From IMG/VR virus record IMGVR_UViG_3300046739_000253, positions 1 through 38,465 of that record: DNA of 38,465 bases; one strand, written 5' to 3'. Source of the stretch: a virus (Duplodnaviria; Caudoviricetes). The notes under the pieces were generated by a model. That model made no database searches. It was not told the origin of the DNA and was given only the letters and a program-made list of their open reading frames with translations. The position numbers and the translations under genes were made by a program. Below are positions 18,399 through 25,997 of the stretch, one piece after another. Numbering within the stretch: position 1 is the stretch's first letter; each line of letters starts with the position of its first letter.

Positions 18399-19409
18399 TT
18401 ACGCCGCCACCAACTGGCGGGCCTGCGTGAGGGCGAGCACCTTGACCTCGGCGTTCGCGCCGAAGAGGGCCGACTCGTTCGCCCGCTGGCGACCGCTGAC
18501 CGAGGATGCCTCGGCAGGACGGACGTGGTCGAAGTACTCCGTGACGGCGTTGTAGACCGACCACGCGTTCGGGTCGCCGCCGGTCAGGACGGTCGCCTGC
18601 TCGACGCCGACGCCTTCGAAGACCAGCCGCGACACCGTCGCCCGGCGCTTCGCCAGCGTGTCGTTGACGACCAGCTTGCCGCCGACGACCTCGCCGGGGA
18701 ACACCGACTCGATGTAGGCGATGACCTCGCTCGGGTTCAGCTTGCGCTGGGCCAACTGCTTGAAGCTCTCGCCCGTGGCGATCAGCGACTTGGTCAGGCC
18801 GGTGAAGAGCGCCCGCGCCTGCTCGACGCGCGACGCCGCCGACGTGGTGTGGCGGATGCTCACGACGTTCGCGTGGGCCTCGCTGCGGGCCAGCGCGATG
18901 GTGTTCTGGCAGACCGCGCGGGTGCCGGTCGCGATGATCTTCACCGCGCCGCTGCCGTCGTGCGACCACGTCAGGAGCGCGTAGCCCTGCACGCTGTCGC
19001 CGTTGCCGGTGACATCGACCGTCGCCCCGGCCAGCCGCACCAGCGCCCAGAGCCGCTCGCCGCGCCCGAGGGAGCCGATGACCTCGATGGTCGCGCCCAG
19101 TTCCTCGACCGCCGTCTCCAGAATCGAGACGGCCTGCCGGTTCTGCACCGCCGCGTAAGACGGGCCGACCACCGCCAACTGCGCGAGGTCGGTCGAGCGC
19201 CGGGCCAACTGGCCGAGCGGGATGAGCGAGCCGGTGCCGTCGTAGAGCGGCTCAAGGATGACGGTCCAGTCGAGGCCAGCCGCCGCGAGCGACTGGTCGA
19301 TGGAGTAGCGCACGTCGCCGCGTAGGCGGGTGCCGAGGCCGTGCCACGGGGTCGAGCCGATGTAGGCGATGGACGACTGGCCGTTGATGGTTGCGATGTT
19401 GTGAGCCAT
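18399..19409 (-). CDS. DUF932 / TIGR03299-family phage-plasmid protein
   Basis: MAH...PWHGLG, AAGLDW.V, Y..VQN, GSL..G...W, SHDGS, R.VCQNT, RHT, AWSVYNAVTEYFDH. Confidence 0.9.
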   Translation of the reverse strand: MAHNIATINGQSSIAYIGSTPWHGLGTRLRGDVRYSIDQSLAAAGLDWTVILEPLYDGTGSLIPLGQLARRSTDLAQLAVVGPSYAAVQNRQAVSILETAVEELGATIEVIGSLGRGERLWALVRLAGATVDVTGNGDSVQGYALLTWSHDGSGAVKIIATGTRAVCQNTIALARSEAHANVVSIRHTTSAASRVEQARALFTGLTKSLIATGESFKQLAQRKLNPSEVIAYIESVFPGEVVGGKLVVNDTLAKRRATVSRLVFEGVGVEQATVLTGGDPNAWSVYNAVTEYFDHVRPAEASSVSGRQRANESALFGANAEVKVLALTQARQLVAA

Positions 19410-19442
19410 TGGTCTGATCTCCAGTGAACGAGGGTTGACGAG

Positions 19443-19688
19443 TTAGCGGACGCGGACGGCGAACTTCTTGCCGCCGCCGAAGGTCGGGACGACGTAGGTC
19501 GTGGCGCTCAGGCCCGCGCGGTGCGCGAGCGTGACGGCGGCGCTCACCGCGTGGTCATCGAAGCTGGTCAGCGTGACGCTCTTCGGGTTGATCTGGATGC
19601 GGAGGGCGTGCAGCAGGGCGTCGTTCGCCTCGACGGCGTTGATGAACTTCTGCTGGGCGGCTTCGGCGGCAGCGGTGAGCTTCGTCAT
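19443..19688 (-). CDS. First early gene, hypothetical (MTKLTAAAEA...)
   Basis: Directly after PL1, a hairpin and CACTGGAG. Confidence 0.75.
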   Translation of the reverse strand: MTKLTAAAEAAQQKFINAVEANDALLHALRIQINPKSVTLTSFDDHAVSAAVTLAHRAGLSATTYVVPTFGGGKKFAVRVR

Positions 19689-19734
19689 CGGTGTCTCTCC
19701 AGTGCGTCGCCGCGACAATCGCGACGACCTGCCA

Positions 19735-19765
19735 AGTATACGTCGAAACCTAGCCACCGCGTCAA
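19735..19765 (-). promoter_or_regulatory. Sigma70-type leftward promoter PL1
   Basis: TTGACG-19 nt-TATACT (long spacer). Confidence 0.6.
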
Positions 19766-19816
19766 GCCCCCCTAAACATTGGGCTTTTCTCTCGTTTCGG
19801 CCCGTCCTGCAGATAC

Positions 19817-19847
19817 TTGCTGCAGCGCACGCGGGACGTGGCATCCT
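19817..19847 (+). promoter_or_regulatory. Rightward promoter, probably giving a leaderless mRNA
   Basis: TTGCTG...TGgCATCCT (extended -10) ends 7 nt before the ATG at 19855. No SD is present. Confidence 0.45.
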
Positions 19848-19854
19848 ACTCCCC

Positions 19855-20127
19855 ATGACGAGAGACGACCTCATCGCGGCACTGGCGGCGTCGCCCAAAC
19901 GGGGGCGGCTGACGCTGCTCCTGAAGCTCATCCCCCAGCCTGCGGCGCTCATCGCCAAGCGGGCGGGCATCGGGCGGGCGTCGCTCTACCGCGAGGCGAC
20001 GATGTCCCTCGCCCTGAAGCTGCGGGTGGCGCGGGTGGTCCGCGTGCCCGCGTCGATCATCTGGCCGGAGACAGCGACGCTCGCGTTCGAACTGCTCTAC
20101 GGCTTTGGGGGAGGGAAACGGCGATGA
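19855..20127 (+). CDS. Cro/Ner-like helix-turn-helix regulator
   Basis: AALIAKRAGIGRASLYR...RVARVVRVPASIIWP. First gene of the divergent rightward operon. Confidence 0.7.
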   Translation: MTRDDLIAALAASPKRGRLTLLLKLIPQPAALIAKRAGIGRASLYREATMSLALKLRVARVVRVPASIIWPETATLAFELLYGFGGGKRR

Positions 20128-20426
20128 AGAAGAGCAAGGTAGACGACACCGGGACGCTGCAGGAGGCGCGCGTGATCAACGCGCTGGTCAGCGACGTGAC
20201 GCTGACGCTGGCGAAGCCCGAGGCCGGGACGGTGGCCGAGGTCGGCGACGACAAGTTCGTGCGCGTCGGGCCGCTGGTCACCGACGTGAGCGCCGCGCTG
20301 GGCGTGACCGAGGAGAACGTGCGGATGGCCCTGACCGCCGCCGTGAGTCAGGGGCTGCTGGAGGTGCCGCCGTCACTGCCGGTGAGCGAGCACCCGATCA
20401 CGCTGGTCAGGCCGGGGACGTTGTGA
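20124..20426 (+). CDS. Hypothetical protein, possible winged HTH
   Basis: ATGA coupling. VTDVSAALGVTEENVRMAL...QGLLEV pattern. Confidence 0.55.
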   Translation: MKKSKVDDTGTLQEARVINALVSDVTLTLAKPEAGTVAEVGDDKFVRVGPLVTDVSAALGVTEENVRMALTAAVSQGLLEVPPSLPVSEHPITLVRPGTL

Positions 20427-20680
20427 GGGTCAGGGTCGTGGTCGAACTGGAAGCCGGGGGCGTGCTCTACGAGCGGACGGCCAAGGCGCTGGCCGTGGCG
20501 AGCGCGCTGCGGGTGCTGGCCGACGACCTCGACCCGCCGCGCCCGCGCAGCCGGGGCCGGGGGTCGCGGGTGTGGGGCGTCATTCGCTACGTCGGGAAGA
20601 CCGAGATCGACTTGGATGTGCAGGCGGCACCCGCGCCGCCTGCCGAGACACCGCTGCTCGATGCGGCTGAGGGCAAGTGA
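20423..20680 (+). CDS. Hypothetical protein
   Basis: GTGA overlaps at both ends. Confidence 0.5.
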   Translation: MRVRVVVELEAGGVLYERTAKALAVASALRVLADDLDPPRPRSRGRGSRVWGVIRYVGKTEIDLDVQAAPAPPAETPLLDAAEGK

Positions 20681-21066
20681 CCGACTGTGTGCTCTGGCCC
20701 GGCTACGTGATGCCCAACGGCTACGGGCAGGCGTATGACCCTGCCCGGTATCTCGCAGGCGAGCGCCCGCAGGTCTACGCGCATCGCCTCGTCTACGAGC
20801 AGCACGTCGGGCCGATCCCGGCGGGGCACGAAGTGCATCACCGTTGCGGGGTGAAGGCGTGCGTGAACCCCGCGCACCTTGAGGCGCTGACCTACTCCAC
20901 GCACAAGCGCACGCACCGGAGCGTCTGCAAGAACGGCCACGCCATCGACGGCGACAACATCAGCCGCTGGTCGGCTCGCGACGGACGCGAGCACCGCCAG
21001 TGTCGAACCTGCTACAACGCGCGGATGCGTGCCTTTCGCGCACGCCGCACTGGAGAAGCCCGATGA
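20677..21066 (+). CDS. HNH endonuclease
   Basis: CVLWPG...NGYG...AHRLVYE...GPIP...VHHRCGVKACVNPAHL, plus CKNGH...CRTC. Confidence 0.9.
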   Translation: MTDCVLWPGYVMPNGYGQAYDPARYLAGERPQVYAHRLVYEQHVGPIPAGHEVHHRCGVKACVNPAHLEALTYSTHKRTHRSVCKNGHAIDGDNISRWSARDGREHRQCRTCYNARMRAFRARRTGEAR

Positions 21067-21947
21067 CCGAAGAACAGCAGCCGCCCACCCCGGCGGTCGA
21101 GAGCGGGGTGTTCGCGCACTCCCCCACGTTTGCCAAGCTCGCCGCCGCGCTCGCGAAGGCGCAGGCCAACTACGGCGACCTGAAGGCGTCGCAGGTCGCT
21201 GACGCCGAGAAGTACGTCTACAAGTACGCCGACCTCGCGGCGGTGCTCGCGGCGGTGCGCCCGGCGCTGAACGCAGCGGGCATCGCGCTGTTGCAGGGCG
21301 TCGCCATGCAACGCCCGCAGGGCAGCAGCGGGCTGATCGTGCTGGTCGAGACGCGCCTGATCGACCAGTCGGGCGAGTGGCTGGCGACGACCGTGAAGCT
21401 CCCGAGCGGCGAGGTCGCGCCGCAGAAGGTTGGGTCGCTGGTTTCATACCTTCGTCGGTATGCCCTGCTCGCGATGGTCGGGGTCGCTGCCGAGGACGAT
21501 GACGGCAAGGAGGCCCAGCAGGCCGCACCGCCGAAGCGCACGGCCCCGCCTGCGCCGCCGAAGACGCAGCCCGCGACCGCCAAGCCGGTGGCCGCGCCCA
21601 AGCCGGTGCCCGCGACGCCGCCTGCCGAGGAGCGCGTCGAGCCGCGCGTCATCGCCGACCCGGTGCGCGAGGACGGGGTCCGCATCAGCGCGAAGGACCG
21701 GGGCTTGCTCTTCAAGGTGGCGAAGGAGCAGGGGCTGAACGAGACGCAGGTCAAGCAGTTGATCTTCGCGCTCTGGGGCTACACCTCGACCGGGGCCATC
21801 CTGCAGGGCGCGCAGTTCGGCAAGCTGCTCTCGGCGATGGAGAACCCGCAGGACCACGGCGTCACCATCGGCAACGGCGACCTGACCTACGACCGTGCGC
21901 AGGACGCCAACCCGCTGCCGGGCAACCCTGACCTCGGGGGACTGTGA
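21063..21947 (+). CDS. erf: ERF-family single-strand annealing protein
   Basis: LAAALAKAQ, YKYADL, SGEW, PQKVGSLVSYLRRYAL...EDDDG. Start at 21063 behind CACTGGAG. Confidence 0.9.
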   Translation: MTEEQQPPTPAVESGVFAHSPTFAKLAAALAKAQANYGDLKASQVADAEKYVYKYADLAAVLAAVRPALNAAGIALLQGVAMQRPQGSSGLIVLVETRLIDQSGEWLATTVKLPSGEVAPQKVGSLVSYLRRYALLAMVGVAAEDDDGKEAQQAAPPKRTAPPAPPKTQPATAKPVAAPKPVPATPPAEERVEPRVIADPVREDGVRISAKDRGLLFKVAKEQGLNETQVKQLIFALWGYTSTGAILQGAQFGKLLSAMENPQDHGVTIGNGDLTYDRAQDANPLPGNPDLGGL

Positions 21948-22198
21948 TGGCGAAGGCACGCGCGCCCCGTGCGGGGCCGAAGGTCTACGCCAAGCAGTTG
22001 GTCATCGAGGTGCCCAAGGCGATGCTGGAGGAGGCCGCGCAGCAGGCGTGGCCTGACCTCGTCACGCTGGCCGAGGGCGCAGGCTGGCGGGTCCGCGACA
22101 CCGACGACTACCTCTGGTGCAGCAAGGACCACGCGCTGCTGCGGCAGGGCACCGACGAGATGCGCGGCATCCCGGTGCTGCTGTTTCAAAACTGGTGA
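21947..22198 (+). CDS. Hypothetical protein
   Basis: TGATG coupling at both ends. Confidence 0.6.
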   Translation: MAKARAPRAGPKVYAKQLVIEVPKAMLEEAAQQAWPDLVTLAEGAGWRVRDTDDYLWCSKDHALLRQGTDEMRGIPVLLFQNW

Positions 22199-22782
22199 TG
22201 CCGACGCTGCACTTCGACCACGAAACCCACACCTTCTGGCGCGAGGGCCAGCGGGTGCTGGGCGTCACTGAGATCCTGCGGCGGTGCCGCCTGACCTCGC
22301 CCTACTGGACCGTCGAGGCCCGCAACCGGGGCACGCGCGTCCACAAGGCGCTGCACGTCCTGCAGACGCTCGGGGACGCCGAGGCCCGCGCGCATCTGCT
22401 GGCGGGCGACCTGCCGTTCTACGCGGCGGGCGTGCGGGCGCTGGACACGTTCGGCATCGAGGTGCTCGGGGCCGAGGAACTGGTGGACGGCGGCAGCTAC
22501 GCGGGCTGGCTGGACCTGCGCTGCCGCCTCCGGGGGCGCGACCTGCCGATGGTCATCGACTTCAAGACGGGCCGCGCCGCGCCGTGGACGCCGCTCCAGT
22601 TGGCCGCGTATGCTGCCCCGCAGCCGACGCCGCACGACCGGGCGTTCATCGAACTGCTCCCGTCGGGAGCGCCGAAGCTGACGGTCTGCCGCGAGCATCG
22701 CGGCGACCTGCGGCACTTCAACGCCTGCGTCGCCGTGGCGCAGTTGCAACTGGCACTGGAGATCCCTGATGGCGAAGACTGA
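22198..22782 (+). CDS. PD-(D/E)XK (Cas4/RecB-like) phage exonuclease
   Basis: FDHETHTF...GVTEIL, RGTRVH, YAGWLD, VIDFKTG, LQLAAY. Confidence 0.85.
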   Translation: MPTLHFDHETHTFWREGQRVLGVTEILRRCRLTSPYWTVEARNRGTRVHKALHVLQTLGDAEARAHLLAGDLPFYAAGVRALDTFGIEVLGAEELVDGGSYAGWLDLRCRLRGRDLPMVIDFKTGRAAPWTPLQLAAYAAPQPTPHDRAFIELLPSGAPKLTVCREHRGDLRHFNACVAVAQLQLALEIPDGED

Positions 22783-23470
22783 GACGCTCGTCGTGTTTGA
22801 ACCCGCCACGCACATCGACCTCGCCGAGGTGGCGACGTGGGTGGTGGACGGCCCCGAGACGGCGGAACTGGCCGTCGAGTATCGCGAGGGCGTCAAGGCG
22901 CTCATCCGCGAGATCGAGGCGGGCTACAAGCCGCACGTCGCCCGCGCCCACGCCGCGCACAAGGCGCTCTGCGAGGAACTGCGCCTGCGCCTGCTGCCCT
23001 GCACGGTCGCGCTCGACGCGCTGAACCGGGCCATCGGCAGCTACGAGGTGGCGCGGCAGCGGGCCGAGGAGAAGGCCCGGCGCGACGCGGAGGCGGCGGC
23101 ACTGGCCGACGCGGAGGCCGCACGGGCGTCGGATGCCGAGGCCGCACGGCTGCGCGGGAACACGGCGCTGGCGGCGTCCATCGCCTCGGCCCCGGTCGAG
23201 GAGTTCATGGCCCCGGTGGTCGTGCCCCCGACGAAGAAGACCTCGGGCGTCGCGGTGACGGTCACCTACGAGCCGGTGGTCGAGGACTTCGACGCGCTGC
23301 TGCAGTTCGCGGCGGCGAGCGACAGCGCGATGCGTCCGCTGCTGGTGCAGGCGAACCTGAAGGGGCTGCAGGCGCTGGTCGATCAGATGGGCGAGGGGTT
23401 CAATGTGCCCGGCGTCACGCGCGTGATGCGGACCCCCACCGTTCGTAGCACGCGCGCGGGGCGTTCCTAG
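22769..23470 (+). CDS. Coiled-coil protein of phage recombination modules, function unknown
   Basis: Long helical body and a C-terminal V.D...L...VPGV motif. CACTGGAG RBS. Confidence 0.65.
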   Translation: MAKTETLVVFEPATHIDLAEVATWVVDGPETAELAVEYREGVKALIREIEAGYKPHVARAHAAHKALCEELRLRLLPCTVALDALNRAIGSYEVARQRAEEKARRDAEAAALADAEAARASDAEAARLRGNTALAASIASAPVEEFMAPVVVPPTKKTSGVAVTVTYEPVVEDFDALLQFAAASDSAMRPLLVQANLKGLQALVDQMGEGFNVPGVTRVMRTPTVRSTRAGRS

Positions 23471-23480
23471 ATTTTGTGGC

Positions 23481-23550
23481 TTGCGCCTGACCGGCGCGAG
23501 GACCGAGAATCGTGCCCGACGCGCCGAGTGGGGTCAGCGCGTCGGGTCTT
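23481..23550 (+). promoter_or_regulatory. Putative promoter and leader hairpin of the replication operon
   Basis: TTGCGC-18 nt-GAGAAT, then the stem CCCGACGCGC...GCGCGTCGGG followed by TCTTT. Confidence 0.4.
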
Positions 23551-23578
23551 TCCCGGTTGCCAACGTGAGGTGAGCACG

Positions 23579-23797
23579 ATGACGGCACAATCCTATCAGA
23601 CCGCGCCCGAGCTTGCGAGGGAACACCTCGCGCTCTCTGAGCACACCTTGGCCGAGGAGGTCGCCCGCTACCGCGAGGCGCTCTACCGCAGCCTCGACCT
23701 GCTGCACGACACCCTCCAGTCGTTCGACACGCTGCAGGGGCGCTACGAGCGCCTCCTGACCGAGAACCGCGCCCTGCGGGCCGAGTCGCGGGCGTGA
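23579..23797 (+). CDS. Small coiled-coil protein
   Basis: GAGGTGA RBS. GTGA overlap with the helicase gene. Confidence 0.65.
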   Translation: MTAQSYQTAPELAREHLALSEHTLAEEVARYREALYRSLDLLHDTLQSFDTLQGRYERLLTENRALRAESRA

Positions 23798-25107
23798 ACA
23801 AGCCGCTGCCGACCGGCGACGACCTCTTCAGCCGCGACCCCTCGCGCACCTTCCGGGTGGTCGAGGACACCTACCGCTACACGGCGCTCGACGGCGCGGT
23901 GGAACTGCGGATCACCGGGCTGCACCGCGAGCGCGGGCACCTCATCGGCGAGATCACCGCCCGCACCAGCCTGCCCGGCGCACGCACGTTCGGCAAGGAC
24001 GGCACGACGCTGTTCACGGAGCGGGTCAACCTGATGTTCGCCCGCGACAAGCAGTCCCTCGCCCGTAACTGCGCCATCCGCGCCGCGACCAACCCGCGCG
24101 ACGTGCGCTGGGAAGACCTCATCGAGGACTTCGTCCAGCGCGTCATCGACACCGAGAAGGAGGGCGAGCCGCTCGCGTGGATCCACGCCGCCGCCCGCAC
24201 GCCGCCTGACCGCTGCGTCACCGTCTACGGGATGCCGATCTACCTCGACCACCCGCAGGTCTTCTTCGGCCAAGCGGCCACGGGCAAGAGCATGATCGCG
24301 CTGGCGATGCTCGGGGAACTGGGGCGGCTCGGCATCAGGAGCCTCATCCTCGATTGGGAGATGGAGATCGGCGTCCACAAGGACCGCTTCGACGCGCTCG
24401 GCCTGCCGCCGACCATCGCCCATATGCGCTGCGCCGCGCCCCTGACCGTCATCGCCGACGCCGTGAAGCAGCGGTGCAGCGAGGCCGACATCCAGTTCCT
24501 CGTCATCGACTCGGCCATCCTCGCGTGCGACGGCAAGCCCGAGGACAGCATCGTCGCCAAGGACTTCCACGCCGCCCTGCGCCGCATCGGGCGCGGCTCC
24601 CAACTGATCGCCCACACCCGCGCCGAAGACCCCGGCAACGCCCGCGAGCCGCAGCAGCAGCGCCCCTTCGGCTCCGTCGTCTGGCACAACAGCGCCCGCG
24701 CCACATGGTTCGTCAAACGCGTGAACGCCGAGACGGACCTCGCCCACATCAACAACGGGATCTACAACCCGAAGGCCAGCTTCCGGGGCACCACGCCGCC
24801 CTACGGCCTCGCGCTCGACCTGACCGAACGGGGCGACGGCACCCTCGACAACATCACCGTGCGCCGCACCAACCTCGCCGACGAGCCGGAACTGGCCGCG
24901 ACGCTGCCCATCCCGGCCCGTATCTACGCCGCCCTCGCCTCCGGCAAGATGACGCAGGCCGAACTGGTCGAGCAGACGGGCGCGAAAGCGTCGTCCGTCA
25001 AGGCGAACCTCCACCGCTACAAGGGCACCAAGTTCACCCTCATCACCAGCGACCGGGACGGGGTCCACCGCTGGGGGCGGCTGGAGGGTCGCCACGATGA
25101 CGAGTAA
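23794..25107 (+). CDS. SF4 / RepA-like (AAA_25) replicative helicase with C-terminal winged HTH
   Basis: Walker A GQAATGKS, Walker B FLVIDS, LIAH, PFGSVVWHNSAR, and MTQAELVEQTG...SVKANLHR. Confidence 0.85.
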   Translation: MNKPLPTGDDLFSRDPSRTFRVVEDTYRYTALDGAVELRITGLHRERGHLIGEITARTSLPGARTFGKDGTTLFTERVNLMFARDKQSLARNCAIRAATNPRDVRWEDLIEDFVQRVIDTEKEGEPLAWIHAAARTPPDRCVTVYGMPIYLDHPQVFFGQAATGKSMIALAMLGELGRLGIRSLILDWEMEIGVHKDRFDALGLPPTIAHMRCAAPLTVIADAVKQRCSEADIQFLVIDSAILACDGKPEDSIVAKDFHAALRRIGRGSQLIAHTRAEDPGNAREPQQQRPFGSVVWHNSARATWFVKRVNAETDLAHINNGIYNPKASFRGTTPPYGLALDLTERGDGTLDNITVRRTNLADEPELAATLPIPARIYAALASGKMTQAELVEQTGAKASSVKANLHRYKGTKFTLITSDRDGVHRWGRLEGRHDDE

Positions 25108-25113
25108 GACCCC

Positions 25114-25213
25114 GTCACAGTGTGACCGTCACACTGTGACCAAACCGTTCTGTCACACCCACCCTCCCTCCCTTTAGGGAGGGTGTGACGGTCGTCGCAG
25201 TCACGTCACACCC
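25114..25213. repeat. Putative replication origin: GTCACA/TGTGAC iterons and nested palindromes
   Basis: GTCACAGTGTGAC-C-GTCACACTGTGAC (perfect 13-bp inverted repeat), GTCACACCC...GGGTGTGAC around CCCTCCC-TTTA-GGGAGGG, and further GTCAC copies. Directly after the helicase stop. Confidence 0.65.
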
Positions 25214-25226
25214 ACTGGAGCATCGC

Positions 25227-25463
25227 ATGACCACCGACCGCCCCGCGCTCGTCCCGTATCCGCTCAACGCCGTGTTGGCGTTCCTCACGAAAGGCACCCC
25301 GCTGCCCGATGTCGCGCCGCCCATCACGATCCTCACGATCTCCGAGGGCCAATGGACGACCGTCCATCGCGTCGGCTACGAGGAGTTCGGGACCATCCTG
25401 CTGGAACTGGACGACAACGAGCAGCCCCTGCGGGCCTACCGCAAGCCGGAGCCACGGGCGTGA
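25227..25463 (+). CDS. Hypothetical protein (MTTDRPALVP...)
   Basis: CCCACTGGAG RBS. Confidence 0.7.
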   Translation: MTTDRPALVPYPLNAVLAFLTKGTPLPDVAPPITILTISEGQWTTVHRVGYEEFGTILLELDDNEQPLRAYRKPEPRA

Positions 25464-25759
25464 GCTTCAAGCGCGGGGAACCCGTCCACCTCTGGTGGCG
25501 CAAGCAGGTCGTCGCCAGTCGCGTGCTGGAGGTTCGCAGACGCCTGCTCGTCGTCGCAGGACCGGAGGGGCCACTCACCGTGCCTCGTCAACGCGTCTGG
25601 CGTCCCTCGGAGCGCCCAGAGCTTCACCCCGGAAAACCGGGGCCGCGCCCGCGATGCGACAATCGAGCTTCCCCTCCGGGGGGAACGGGGGGGTTCCGAG
25701 GGGGCTGTCGGTTCTCCGACACCCACCTTCGCTCGAAAAGCGAAGCGCCTCCGTGGTGA
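25460..25759 (+). CDS. Hypothetical protein
   Basis: GTGA coupling. The C-terminal half is low-complexity and may be under DNA-level constraint. Confidence 0.4.
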   Translation: MSFKRGEPVHLWWRKQVVASRVLEVRRRLLVVAGPEGPLTVPRQRVWRPSERPELHPGKPGPRPRCDNRASPPGGTGGFRGGCRFSDTHLRSKSEAPPW

Positions 25760-25858
25760 AGAGATCTCAGGGGGGGCCGCTACTACCCCCGTCTGGACGC
25801 GGTCGCGTTCAACGTGGGGCAACCTAGCGGTCTACAGCCCCATGTCCGGTTGTGGGAT

Positions 25859-25871
25859 TATCAACAACTTA
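25859..25871 (+). promoter_or_regulatory. IHF consensus site
   Basis: TATCAACAACTTA matches WATCAANNNNTTR, in an AT-rich intergenic region. Confidence 0.55.
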
Positions 25872-25997
25872 CGGGTGGTGAGAATCTTTTCACAGTGTGC
25901 CATTCTGAGACACGCGTGGCACACTTCATGTTAGGTGCTGGAAGTTGTTGCAAACGCGCCACTTCGCGGTAAGGGTCAAGTGCCCTAACGTCCAAAT

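Noticed and set aside
13741-19730. Repeats as a CRISPR array or integron attC sites
   Set aside because: The units are separated by whole genes of variable length rather than 30-40 bp spacers. No cas genes, integron integrase or GTTRRRY/RYYYAAC boxes were seen.
22198-22782. Cas4-like gene as evidence of a CRISPR system
   Set aside because: It is a stand-alone phage exonuclease next to ERF, with no array or other cas genes.
25894-25935. Sigma54 promoter at TGGCAC
   Set aside because: The -12 TTGC element is missing at the required spacing on both strands.
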